Source: Plasmodiophora brassicae
Lineage: Eukaryota
NCBI GenBank assembly: GCA_036867785.1
Contig: CP145416.1
Coordinates: 372,001 to 436,000 of the forward strand
Length of the DNA stretch: 64,000 bases
Direction of reading: 5' to 3'
A program made the position numbers and the translations under genes. Under the pieces are notes generated by a model. The model had not been told where the DNA came from, ran no database searches, and was given only the letters and a program-made list of their open reading frames with translations. Positions 50,351 through 62,070 of this stretch are shown piece after piece; the stretch's first letter is position 1, and every line of letters begins with the position of its first letter.

Positions 50351-51100
50351 ATGGACGTCGCTCAGCGTGATGGACTCTACCACCTGTGCTTCAAGATCAT
50401 CGTTCGCGATTTTAAAGGACAGACGTCGGCGCCGTCTCTCGGGACCTGGGACGTTCTCTGCAGCTCGTACGATGACCTGGCGTCGCAGATGTGGGAGAAA
50501 GTCGCCGGATACATCCGGAATCACGTCGGATTCGGCGATGATGGGCGGTCGCCGCATTGGTCGGAGGAGCAGCCCACTGCGGCCGATCTGGACCATTTCG
50601 TTGTCGTGCACGATGAAAGCGCGAAGCGGTCGTATCCGCCATCGCGTTATCGTAACAGCGACGTTCTCAATCACGTTTGTGGTAAGACGCTCACTCTGTA
50701 CGTGCACCGCTACTCGCTGTCGGTGACGTCAGCGGCAATGTTCAAACTTGTCTCGAACGCTCTACTACAGCGAGAGAGGGATCGCGCCGGCGCAGCATCT
50801 ATCGCGTTGGTGGATGCCCGGAAGGAATCGCTGAGACGACTGCATCCGGAGTACTTCGCCTATGATACGAACTGGTTGCAGTGGGCGGCGTGGATCGAGG
50901 CCCAGCCGCAGCAGGTGCGTGAAGAAAGGGCGGCAGAGGCGCCCCCACCTCATCTATCCCACCTGTTCCGCATGGTTCCAATAGACTCGGGTGCTGTCCT
51001 CCACAACATGCAGACGAGCATGCGCGTAACAAGATGTGTATCTGAACGATTTAAGAGGAAGCTGGAAGACATCTTGGACACTGCGAAGACAGTCTTGTAG
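50351..51100 (+). CDS. Intronless uncharacterised ORF, probably a transposon-associated accessory gene (possibly 3'-truncated)
   Basis: 250-aa ORF with DRAGAAS..NWLQWAAWI..PPPHLSHLFR; abuts a convergent transposase HTH fragment. Confidence 0.5.
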   Translation: MDVAQRDGLYHLCFKIIVRDFKGQTSAPSLGTWDVLCSSYDDLASQMWEKVAGYIRNHVGFGDDGRSPHWSEEQPTAADLDHFVVVHDESAKRSYPPSRYRNSDVLNHVCGKTLTLYVHRYSLSVTSAAMFKLVSNALLQRERDRAGAASIALVDARKESLRRLHPEYFAYDTNWLQWAAWIEAQPQQVREERAAEAPPPHLSHLFRMVPIDSGAVLHNMQTSMRVTRCVSERFKRKLEDILDTAKTVL

Positions 51101-51294
51101 ATGCGACGAGTCACCTTACGAGAAACCGAACCATCACGTTCATACTTCTGGATCCAGTTCGATATTGTCGAGGGAGATTTTCCGTATATAAACGCAAGCT
51201 GGTTTTTGCCAAGGTTCAGTATATAGTACCCATACAAGCAGTGTAAACGAGTGTCCGCAGATGCGTGATGACGTCTGACGGCGCTGACGATCAT
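51095..51294 (-). mobile_element. Truncated IS630/Tc1-mariner-like transposase (HTH only)
   Basis: RHHASADTRLHCLYGYYILNLGKNQLAFIYGKSPSTISNWIQKYERDGSVSRK is a typical transposase N-terminal HTH; no DDE domain. Confidence 0.6.
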
Positions 51295-51848
51295 GACGAC
51301 AAGCGGCGCCCCCGATGCGGCGCGATTTCACGGACTCCGTGAAATCACCGCAAAATTCCAATTTTGTCCTGAAAGCGCCAATACCTACACCGGCTGGTGG
51401 AGGCACCGGATTTATGGTTCTCGCGGGGCGTACACCGCAGCGGTGCTGGCGTGCCTGGCTTGCTCCTCGACAAGGGATGCAGGTCGTCAGCCGCGAACTG
51501 GATCGTGGTGTCTGTTGTTGGGCTTGGATCCCCTGGCCAGACCGACGACGTTGACCGAGTATCGAACGTGGGGAGGGGGCGCTCATTGTGTGCACGTTGC
51601 CCGGCCAGCGGTACGCCGACCGCACGTGTGCAATGCGGCGCCGAGCGAGCAAGGCGTTCAGGCAACGCTTCGCGGTCGCACAACACCTCGGCGCGTCTTG
51701 CGCACACGAACGTCCATCCACGATCGCAGCGTACGATGAGCGTTGCTGGCGGTCCTGCACGCGACGTCGCAGGGCGTCCGTGCCTACACGTGTCCGCCAG
51801 CGGGGAACGCGGCATTGGTAGGATCGACATTGAACGACTTATTACTTA

Positions 51849-52994
51849 CTATGACGGCGCGTATGAGGGATCGCGTTGAGCGGCGCCGACGAACCCGCCA
51901 AAGTCGTCGTCGTCGTCAGCGTCGTCCGACATGGACGGCTGCCTTGGTGGGGACAATGCACTTGGAACGCGCGACGGAACGAACGATTCCAGAACGGGCA
52001 GCTTGTACTTGGATTCGTCGACAGTGATGGCTTCCGGTTCGGGCGCCGCCATATCCTTCCTGGGATCTGCGGCAACGTCCCCGCTGCCCGTTGTCCCGAG
52101 TTCCCGTTCGCATCGTCCGAGCTCATCGCGAACGGCAGCGTTGAAGTCGAACGCCGTCGACCTGTCCCTGAACCCGACGCCCAGCAGCGCAACTTGCCCT
52201 GTCTCCCCGTTCCGGAATCGCACGACATAGTACCTGGACGTGTCCAGCGCCGGCTCGATATAGTACTGGATCGCTGCGAGCCGCTGCTGCCTGCTGGCTG
52301 GGTGCGTCCGACAGATCGCCGTCAGGTCCACCAGGTCGCTGTTGGCGAACACGGCCCCGGTTGCCGTGTCGTACAGGCGCAGCTGAAGGACGTGGCCAGG
52401 CGAGTGCACGATAGCACGAAGCCCGCCCTGCCAGGCTGGGGACGCGAGCCCCCAGCTCTGCGCGAAATACCCAGACGACGAGGTTCGCGGCGGCAACCTG
52501 TAGACGAACACCTCCGGGATCGTCAACAGCGTCATTGCCTGCGATGTCGTCGGCGACCGCACGGGCACTGCCGCCGGTTCCTCCGGATGCTCCTGCGCCT
52601 TGGCGGGCTCCTCCGGGCGACGCTGAACCCGTTGCTGATCGCCAGCCATGGCGAACTCAAGGAACCGGTTCAGGAATTGCCGCCAGAACATCGTCTCGGA
52701 GATCCGCGACGGGACCAGGCGATACCGGAGCTGTGCGATCCGGGGTTCGACGCGCACGGCGGCCTGGCAGGTCGCCCCATGCTCCTGCAGGCGCCGCTCC
52801 AGGTCCGCTTCGTCCTCGTCGGGCAGGAACGCGCACGCGGCGAACGCCGCGAACACCGCATTGTCGTCGCCGGCGAACTCGTCCAGAAGCGCGTCGTAGA
52901 ACGCGACGACGTCGTCGCGCAGCGCGTCGTCGCCCGTGACGACATCGTACGCCGACCTGCCCGCCTGTGCCGCTGCACTCGTCGCAACGCCCAT
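51849..52994 (-). CDS. BSD domain + NECAP (PHear) protein
   Basis: BSD: PRIAQLRYRLVPSRISETMFWRQF. NECAP: EVFVYRLPPRTSSSGY.AQSW..DTSRYYVVR..LGVGFRDRSTAFDFN. Tail DDDFGGFV. Confidence 0.85.
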   Translation of the reverse strand: MGVATSAAAQAGRSAYDVVTGDDALRDDVVAFYDALLDEFAGDDNAVFAAFAACAFLPDEDEADLERRLQEHGATCQAAVRVEPRIAQLRYRLVPSRISETMFWRQFLNRFLEFAMAGDQQRVQRRPEEPAKAQEHPEEPAAVPVRSPTTSQAMTLLTIPEVFVYRLPPRTSSSGYFAQSWGLASPAWQGGLRAIVHSPGHVLQLRLYDTATGAVFANSDLVDLTAICRTHPASRQQRLAAIQYYIEPALDTSRYYVVRFRNGETGQVALLGVGFRDRSTAFDFNAAVRDELGRCERELGTTGSGDVAADPRKDMAAPEPEAITVDESKYKLPVLESFVPSRVPSALSPPRQPSMSDDADDDDDFGGFVGAAQRDPSYAPS

Positions 52995-53154
52995 GCGCCA
53001 AATGGCGAGCGAGCGTCGAGCGCGTGGCGCGCGCCGTATGCTATTTTTAGTCGCCCCCGGGACCCTATAGCAGTCGAGCTGCGTCGCGGCTAGTCAGTCG
53101 GGGCAGTAAGGGCGCCCCCCGGGTAGAGGTACTCCCGATTGATCGTTCGCCGGA

Positions 53155-53621
53155 ATGGACGACGCCGGGCTGGCGAGTGCGCGGGCGGCGCCGCTGCCGG
53201 CGCTGAAGATCGACAAGGTGCGGGCGGTGCGCGGCGAGCAGAGCGATGGCGACCCGGGCGCACGCGATCTAAGGATCCGGTTCGACCTAGGCGACGGGAA
53301 TGCGGTGGAGCACCAGGTTCGCGGGGGGGGCGTCCGCGTCACACGCTCGTAATGATGTGCTGATCTGCGGGCAGTTCAGCGCCATGCATGACGTCCTGCA
53401 GCTGAAGGCGTTCCTGGAGGCGCAATGCGGATTGCCGATTGTGTCACAGGTTGGACGGCAGTGCACACAGCGGTATTGCTCGGTGGGCGTCTGATTGCGG
53501 GCAGGAGATGCATTTCGATGGGCGCATTATGGCCAACCCGCTCTGCCTGGCCGACTTCCCCGGCATCGCCGAATCCCGATCCGCCACTATCGTCGTCAGC
53601 CAGCGCCAGACGGCTCCCTAG
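53155..53621 (+). CDS. Small ubiquitin-like domain protein
   Basis: Three exons: LRIRFDLGDGNAVEHQ|FSAMHDVLQLKAFLEAQCGLPIVSQ|EMHFDGRIMANPLCLADF, a beta-grasp pattern with no di-Gly. Confidence 0.6.
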
Positions 53622-53818
53622 CTGGCCCTTTCGAACTCTCGATATAATGCAGTCTCCGCTAGTAGTGAATGGCCTAGTGATCCGTCACACGTCACGTAGC
53701 AGACAGACGAACGGGACTATTATGGCGCCTCCCCAGATATTCGCTCACATGTGACGACTCTGGCACTAGACGCCATACCGTACACAGATATACTTGCGCA
53801 GAGCTGATCGACGCCAGG

Positions 53819-55740
53819 ATGATGAGCGGCTGGGGTCGATCCCTTCCCATGCTGTCTGCAGTTGTGGCCGTTGCTGTCGCTGTCGTAGCGACTGGTGCTG
53901 AGGTGGGCGGTGCCATCGTGGATCGATCCAGACCGGGCCAGGCGCTGTCGTCCGTCCCGTTGCTGGAGGTGACCGCCAGCAGCGACCCCATCGAGTTGCA
54001 CTTTGACGCCGTCCAGATCCAGTACCCGGATTGTCTGATGACGACCAGGGCGTTCTCGCTGGGAGCGTCCAGCGTGGCAACGGTTCCCGGGCCGCTAATC
54101 CACGTGAAACGGGGCCAGACGCTCCGCATCACCGTCCATAACGACCTGGGCCCGGAAGCGCCACCGGCAGCACCCGAACGCGACATGAACGGGCTAAGGC
54201 ACCCGAACACGACGAACATCCACCTGCACGGTCTCCATATCAGCAGCGCCCGGCCGGGGGACGACATGTCGATCTCGATCGCACCCGGCGAATCGTTCGC
54301 CTACGTGTACGACATCCCGGGCGACCATGCCGGCGGGCTCTTCATCTGGCACCCGCATCGTCATGGGTCGGTCGCGCTCCAGTTCGGAGGTCGACATTGC
54401 TCTCGTGCGAACGCACCAGGGCCGGCGGCTAAGGTCATGTGCCCATGGGTAGGCGGCGCTGTTGGCCTGATCGTGGTAGACGACGACGACACGAACATGC
54501 CCGACGGCTGGATTGGGATGCTCCCCATGCAGTTCCTGCTGATTCAGCACATGCAGCCCAGCGAGGTTCAGCAATTCGCGCGTGCCAGCGGGGACCGCCT
54601 GTTCCGGTTCGCAGGCAGCGATGCCGAGTTCTTCCTGGTCAACGGCCTACTGGCCCCCGTCATCACAGTGCCGGTCGGCCTGTGGACCCGGTTTCGAATC
54701 GCGCACGCGTCTGCGGCGTCGTCGCTGACGGCCGCCATCGAAGGTACGTCGATGGTGTGGCGCCGAAGCGGTTGGGTTAACGGCCCGCACACAGGTTGCG
54801 ATATGGTGCTCGTGGCGATCGATGGCGTTTATGTCCTGAAGCCGCGTCCGGTTAGCGAGCTGGAGTTCCTTCCTGCCACCCGAGTCGATATCGCGGTCCG
54901 GTGCACGGCTCCACAGGCCCGGATCGTGGACAGCGAACACGATATCGTCATTGCGACGATCGCGACGGACCCGAACCTGAAGGCCGGCATGGCCAGGTAG
55001 GTGTGCACGTGAGCCTGACTGTCTACGACAGCGAGGGAGCGTGACGCCGTTGCTGGGTGCAGCATCGTTATGGAAGACTGGTCCTGGCAGAGGCCTGCAT
55101 ACCTGGCCGACACGTCGGGGGCCGCCCTGCACGGCAAGTTCGCGTTGCACATCGACCTGCATGCATTCGAGATCAATCGGCAGATGTTCCACGGGTTCGA
55201 TCGGTCCTTCGCCCTACACGAGCCCGTTCTGGACTCTGTCGAGGTACGACGACGTGCGCGTGATTGCCGCTGGGCCGCTAATACGTCCACAGGAATGGAC
55301 CTGGGAAACCAGCAGGTGACGGTGACCGGAGGAGCTATTCGAAGGATGCATGCTCTGAACCGTGCCGGTGCAGCCACCCAATGCATGTCCACGTGTACCA
55401 CATGCAGCTGATGAACGACATGTCCACGTTCTTCCGCGCTGGCGACTGGGTGGACACGGTCAAGGGCAGCGGCGTTCGCGCGCGAATCCTGTTCGACAAG
55501 TACGATGGCGTTGCAATGATCCACTGCCACAACGCGTTGCACTCCGACCATGGCCTCATGGGGATGGTCTTCGTCACGCGCGACACCGAATCGCTGTCCC
55601 TGCCGTCTAATGGAATACGGTTTCCTGCAACGTCGCCCAAGCCAACAGCATTCCATTCCGACGACATATCGCCGTCGGCTCCACTGCAAGCGATTCTGAC
55701 AGGAATCGCGGTCGTCGTCGTTCTCATCGCCGTTCACTAA
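53819..55740 (+). CDS. Secreted, probably GPI-anchored multicopper oxidase
   Basis: Signal peptide; TNIHLHGLH, WHPHRHG, HPMHVHVYH, HCHNALHSDHGLM; Ser/Pro linker and hydrophobic C-terminus. Confidence 0.9.
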
Positions 55741-55847
55741 CTATCAACAACGCCGTCACAAAAGTAACGGCCGTGACCAGGCGGTGTGCAGATTACGACC
55801 CAGTGGCACACACCATCTTACTATCGTGTACTGAGGAACGCATCGAC

Positions 55848-57628
55848 CTATAGAAAGTTGGCGCTGATGCCGAACTGGAACTGATGGGTCCTGTCGTGAG
55901 GGAACGCCTTGACGGGACGCGCATAGTTCAGCTCGACGCGGCCGGCCGGGGTAGGAATAACGACGCCTATGCCCACAGAGGCGCGCATGTCTGCCAGCAG
56001 CTTTCGGAGCTGTCCTCGTTTCGGCGACCCATCTGACAGCGAATGTTCAGCCAGTAAACACGCACGCCGGTTGCAACCTTACCAGTCAACGAAACGACGT
56101 TGGCACAGTTGGCAAATATGTGCCCTCGGATGTCCAGCTGGCGGAGAAGCGGATGCGGCAGTGCAAACGTAAGGTTGGCAGCACCTGGCTCGTACGGTCA
56201 GTTTCAGCATACTCGGGCCCTTGAAATGGGCAGACCTGCAAGAAGCGCATCTCCGCCAAGCATGTCTTTGCCGTCCCGAGGACCAACGCTGTGCTGTCCG
56301 AATCCGCGAAGCTCCAGCGGGCCGCCATACAGGAACCTGTCCGGCAACTGTGTCTGCGATGTGCCTACGTAGGCCAGATCGTTAACGCTTTAGCACCCCC
56401 TTTGTGACCCGGTTTACCTTGCCCGTGAGACGGACGCGGGGCCGTCCCGTACAAACAAGGGAGGAGGAGCCCCGACTTCACAGACAGCCCGAAGGTAAAA
56501 TATTGTCCTGATCTACCTTGACGATACTGCTGTCCAAACAGGCGGCCGCTTCATACCTAGGGGCTGGTAGAACTGGCTGTCCACGTTGCATTTGACAAAC
56601 GTGGCATCGCCACCGATTGGGATCGCGAACTCGTTCTTAATGCTCAGCAGAGACCCTACGATACGCACCCATGAGCAGCTGGCCGTATCGTATACTAAGA
56701 CACGCATACCCTTGGACGGGAGGAAAGGGGAGTCTCGTGTGTCGAGTGCGATTCGGGTAATGATTGAGGATTTGACGCTGGTGCGTGCGTCTCGAACAAT
56801 CGATCGGGAAGCTTCCTTGCCGGAGACAATAACATCGCGAAGGACGCCTTCGTAGCCAAGCGAAAACGTGCCGGTGGGATCGACAGCGTGCGCCTGGCGT
56901 GACGAGGTCATGAGACGCGCCCTGGCACATTGTCGCCACTGGACCGACCGAGAATCCGCGAACGCCCAGAATATGAGAGGAGAAACGGGATCGATTGATC
57001 TGGGTCAGGAACGCGTTCGTGTCCAGGGTTCCCCGCGTGCCATACAATCGTGGCTTGTGGTATCCGATGTCGAACGCGCCGCTCTCGTTTAACCCGTACA
57101 GTCCAGACCTGTCCCAGACATGAGCACAGCAATATCCACAGCAAGGTATTAGCGTTTGGGGCCGACAGTCGAATGGATTCCGCTCTCCCGAAAGCGTTCC
57201 GGTATACACCTTCAAGTTTCAGCGACGATTCGACACTGTCGAATTCAGCACCTGTGGACACCTGAAGAGGCTGTGCTTCCTTAACGTCAACGGTAATGTC
57301 TACAGCGCCACCCTTCGAGCCCTTCTCAAGAGAAATATTGACGGTCTCGAATATCCCCAATTGTTTCAGGTCCTACATAGACATACCTGTCAGTCCTGGC
57401 ACAGCAGACCGAGACACCCCTGCAGACCTCGTGCGCATACTGGCACGACTCAACGATATCGGACAGGCTGCGAACACCTTGCAGGTCGATCTCGTTCAAG
57501 ATGAACGCTGTGTTCGTCTTGACGTTGCCGGTCACCTTGATGTTGCCGACGTGCACGTCGGCGTACTGCAGGACGTCCTCGACTGACACCTGGATATCGT
57601 CGTCATCGTCCGGCAACGGCGCCGTCAT
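55848..57628 (-). CDS. SAM50: Mitochondrial SAM50/Omp85 beta-barrel
   Basis: POTRA segment IKVTGNVKTN..GIFETV..VDVKE, RNAFGRAE, DTRDS..PSKG, DRFLYGGP..LRGF, GRVELNY, C-terminal FQFGISANFL. Confidence 0.9.
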
Positions 57629-58414
57629 CCGCGCGCGCGCCTCCTGCGCAAACCCCGATCCCGCCGTGTGCAGCTCTCTGCTTTTGGACACTGTTGCCTT
57701 GTCCCGTACGACTGCGGACGACACGGCGACAGCGCGGTCCTGCGACAGGGGCAATCAATTGTGACCAGTCTGGGTGTTTGGTGTTCTGTTTGCGGCTCTG
57801 TGGCGCCCTGCCCACCCGGGCTGCAAGCAGCTGCTCCTCGGTCCTATGCGTGGGCCAATGTCCTCGGAACGCCCAGGCCGCTCGCGGCTACCTGTATCCA
57901 TTAAAGGGCAGTGGACATGCCCTCGCGACTCTCGTCGAACGAGTTACTGAACGTGATTCGATTGTGAGAACGGATGTCCAAGGATGATCCTTCGGATGAG
58001 CGGGTGCTGGAAGTCACGGACGGGCGCATCAACAGGAGGGCGGACAACGTTTCGAAATAGGTATAGCCTGGTCACAGAAAACGACAACGCCACGGGAAAG
58101 ATGGCCATGTCCAGGAAGTTGGATCAATCGGGCTCCCAGGCGATCGCAGAAAACGGTTCCCAGCAGACCTTCGCGACTGGAGGAGGTCATAAGGCGCGCT
58201 AAAGCGACTCCACCAGACCCATGAGCATTCGAAGTGAGTCGCAATCGTCGAACGCTCAAACGCGGTGCGATGAGATTTCGGTGCTGTCATGGAGGAAGCG
58301 AGGACGTACGCTCAAACATGCGGCACCACAGCTTCGAGCAGAGGAACCACTCTTGGGGTCAGAAACCCGACCAGCTGTGTATTCTAAATGTGGTGCCGAT
58401 CGATCAGTTGACGC

Positions 58415-59676
58415 TTACTGGCCACCGTATGACATCAGCAGGGATACAACGCTATGACGCCCGTAATTCATAGCCAGAGTAAGCGGCGTACGCCCTCGCC
58501 CATCCGGGGCGTTGATCAGGACCGTGGACCGGGCGTCAGTCAGTAGCGCCCGGACGACGCTGTCGTGCCCTTCAGAGGCGGCCCAGTGCAAAAGCGTCCA
58601 GTTCTCCGCGTTGTCGGGATACCAGGCGCGCGTGTGAACGTCGATACCAGCGACCTGCAGATGCGCTCGAACGATTTCAACGTAGCCGTTCGCTGCCGCG
58701 ATGGAAAGTGGTGTCTCATGGTTCGGGCAGGACACGGCGTTGGCTTTGACGCGCTGGTTCAGCGGACTGGCCTCACGACCGCGAAATTCCACCAGCATCC
58801 TGGCAATGGCTGTATGGCCATCCCTGACGGCGAAATACTGTAGCGCCTCGAGAAGTATTGGATCGTATGGATGGTTGACGTCGATGTCAGGGAGATCCAG
58901 GAGCACTTCCACAATGTCTGCTTCACCAGTGTTGACAGCGAAATCTAGAACGTTGGCGTAGTCTGCAGTCGATGCCCATCGCGTGTTCGTTACGGAAGGG
59001 CGCGCCGGATCGGGGCGGCGGACAACGAACTGGAGGCTGATATGCTTGATCAGCGCGACGCGGGGATTGTTGGTCCCAGATAACCTTCGCAGCCGGACGA
59101 GACCCGAAATGAAACGGTAGGCTTGTCGGTGCCGATTCGCCGCCAGGACACCAAGGAAAGGGTCATTGCCATTGGCACGTCGCATCGGAATCGCCCACCC
59201 AATTGCAACCATAAGAGATCGCATCTCAAGGTGATCGGCGGCTAGGGCGAATTGTTCCAAAACCGCGTCGCTCCGGGAACGATGCGTCTTGATGAACAAG
59301 CCGACGCGACAACCGCTAGAAATCTGTTGATTTAGACCGAATAGTCATCACCTGCGGGCATGCAAACAACTCCTTTCCGCTGGCGTACCTGCCTACCGTA
59401 TTCAGACAGTGGGAATGTGTCGGCAAAAGTGATGGCGAGGCGTAACTGATGACGGGTGATATGAAGCTCAACGCAACCGACGCCACCATCTTGGATCTTG
59501 CGCTGGACCGTCAAGGAGTGGTGCACGAGCTGCGTCAGATCGTACTCGGACTGAGCGGCGTCGAGAGTACTACAGATGATCCGGGTCGCATCGACGATTG
59601 CAATGCGGAGAAGGGCCATCGCGAGCATGCTCATCGGCGATACGGCAGCGAGGCGGGCACGACTACCGATAAACAT
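58415..59676 (-). CDS. Signal-peptide protein with Skp1/POZ-like segment and ankyrin repeats (candidate effector)
   Basis: Hydrophobic N-terminus; FALAADHLEMRSLM resembles Skp1 LAANYLDI..L; ankyrins TPLSIAAANGYVEIVR, TLLHWAASEGH, GRTPLTLAMNYGR; one intron ~59327-59387. Confidence 0.8.
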
Positions 59677-59990
59677 ATTGGGCGCGCGGTAAACGGTGTC
59701 GTTGGTCACGCTCTCCCTCGATGTGAGCGTCCTCCTCGAACGTTGTTGACCTAAAATTGCAGTACTCTGTACCCTGTACCCCCTCCGAGAACATGCGTGG
59801 TGCGAAAGGACTGAACGCTGACCCCCAAATGACTGCGAGTGTCCGCGGTGACGATAGGCCCAGTGGCTTCGTGAAGTGCGTCAGTGCGTTCGTACAAGTG
59901 CGTCAGTGCGATCTGAGGGCGTCAGGATGTAGCCATGTAGGTATGTAACGTTATCCTTGGGGGGAGGGGGGCTCCGCGCGCAATCGCAAG

Positions 59991-60599
59991 ATGAGCGTCG
60001 GCAAGGCTCGTGGTGGCAAGCGCCCAGGCAGCGGTCGCCCGACAAATGCTGCCGTGCTGGAGCGTCAACGAGTCAGGCAGCGCGAAGCTCGACAGGCCAT
60101 AGAATTCTTAGCTCGGGGTTCTAAAAACCCAGCTCAATCTTTCGTTGACGTGCCGCCGGCCGATGTCTCGCCGGATGTGGCCAGGGTACCATCCGTGGCT
60201 GTTCCAGATGCGGGTCCTGCAGAAGATCCTGGTTCTGCTGGGTCACCGTCGACTTCTATGGTAGACGATCCGGCACCGTCCTTTGGTTCTGGACCCGCAT
60301 CCTCGGGCGCTGGTGCATCTGGCGTTAGTTCGGAACCCCGTTCAACTTCACTCTTGAAGGGAACTCTTGAGGTGCTTGCTGGGAAACAATTTGCAAAGGT
60401 TTATGATCTTTCTGGTCCGGTCTACAACGTCCCGAACGAAAGACTTCGACAACAGCACGTGGAACAAGATACCTGCCGGGTTGCCGATGGCAGGTATCTT
60501 GTTCCACGTGCTGTTGTCGAAGCCTTTCGTTCGGAACGTGGTACCCATGTACGGGGCAACACATTCCGAAAGTCAGGCTCTGTACGTGTTTCAAATTAA
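59991..60599 (+). pseudogene. AT-hook-bearing ORF, probably a remnant of a mobile element
   Basis: RGGKRPGSGRP AT-hook-like motif and low-complexity region; the ORF runs through the palindrome. Confidence 0.35.
60423..60543. repeat. Inverted repeat with 55-bp arms and an 11-nt loop
   Basis: 60423-60477 is the reverse complement of 60489-60543 with 3 mismatches; the inner 34 bp are perfect. Confidence 0.95.
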
Positions 60600-61608
60600 A
60601 GTCATGGACACGGCATGTTCTTAACGAAAAGCAGCTCGGATACTTATCCTGCGACTTGAACGCTGGCCATATCGTGTGAAAGCACGCCGTTTCGGTTAAT
60701 GATCCTGATCGACCCCTGAACCAGCCGCCGTGCCAAGCAATGATCGAAGGCTGTAATGTCGTTGTTGACAATCTCGTTGAGGTATGTTCACAGCCTGCGC
60801 AACTGTCCTTGCTCGCTCGGCGCGATGGACCATTGACGCATGCTCGTGTTGTTGTCGTCAATGTTGTCGTGCCGGACGCGTTGCTGTACATGAGGTCACT
60901 TCTGCGCGACGGTTGTACTTTCGGCGTGTCGCCGCGAGCCCGACGCTCTCAGTAACGTCGTCAATAGAGCAAGAACATGTTCGATCTGGCCGTCAAGGGT
61001 ACTGTGCAGTGACGATCCAGTAGCAGATCTATTACCTCGCAGCGTCACCCTTTGTGCGCCGAATAAGTTATCGCCGTTCCCGTACCCCTGGCTCCGTACC
61101 TATGAAGGTATAGGTAATGGTGACCATAGCGCACACTAGTGTTTGAAGCATGCAAAGCACTCATGGCCCGCGTCAGGGGACGGTATATGTGACGACTATA
61201 ATCTCGCACAACTTCTAAAGCGAGGCATTTCAGGTCCGCGTCGTACTGGCTGGAGTGTGCACTTATATAGTTCCTTGACGGAGCGTGCATCAAGGCAGTC
61301 CTGGTGGTCAGGTCCGCGTCATACTGTCTGGCGTCCTCCTGACCCGAACACTGAATACAATTACGGTTGAATTACAATAGCGAATATGATTGGCAATAGA
61401 ATTACCCAAATGAGGATTCTGGTTGGCGGCAAGGTCAGATGCTGGTGTTGATACAGGATACTGGCGCACACGAGATGTAGACACGAGATGTAGCAGTAAA
61501 TTTAGGCGGATGTAGCTCAATATGCACACAAGTGTCTCGGTCGATACAGATCGCTATACAGAAAATTTGTACTAAAGGGCATTGCAGAAAACGTGCAAAG
61601 CAGCAGTT

Positions 61609-61679
61609 GCGCCTGTGGTTGAATGGTACAATGGGTCGTTGCCAACGACTTGGTCCGGGTTCGATTCCCGGCAGGCGCA
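61609..61679 (+). tRNA. tRNA-Gly(GCC)
   Basis: Acceptor stem GCGCCTG/CAGGCGC, anticodon arm GGTCG-TTGCCAA-CGACT, T-loop GGTTCGATTCC, downstream T-run. Confidence 0.95.
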
Positions 61680-61718
61680 GCGGTCAGTCCAGTCTCGGGG
61701 CTTTGGAGCCGATCCTTC

Positions 61719-61726
61719 TTTTTTTG
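61719..61726 (+). terminator. Pol III oligo-T terminator
   Basis: T8 run about 40 nt after the tRNA. Confidence 0.6.
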
Positions 61727-62070
61727 TTACAGTGCCGCACCACAACGGCAACGTTCGCTGACCGATCCGCTGCGGCCGAGTTCGCCAACAAACCCTTCCA
61801 GTTCGGTCGGGGCGACAGTCCCGCCGCCACGACCGACTTTGTCGTCGTGTTGATCCTAGCGGGACGGCACGACTTGAAAACTCGCCGCCCGTCTCGCTGC
61901 AGGCGTACACATTGCAATGCACAAACCACGCCTCTGGTGTGGGCCGGGAGGGCCGTCAACTACAACGTTCCTGGTCCAGAGGAGCCGCTACGTCTCTGAG
62001 ACCTATCTCCCAATGTGGATGACCGGCGGCCGGTGCGACGGGCCATGCGGACTTGGTCGCACTGATCGGG

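Noticed and set aside
51876-53093. 405-aa ORF antisense to BSD-NECAP, and similar long antisense ORFs such as 19130-20368 and 28406-29437
   Set aside because: Stop-poor shadow frames in high-GC coding DNA.
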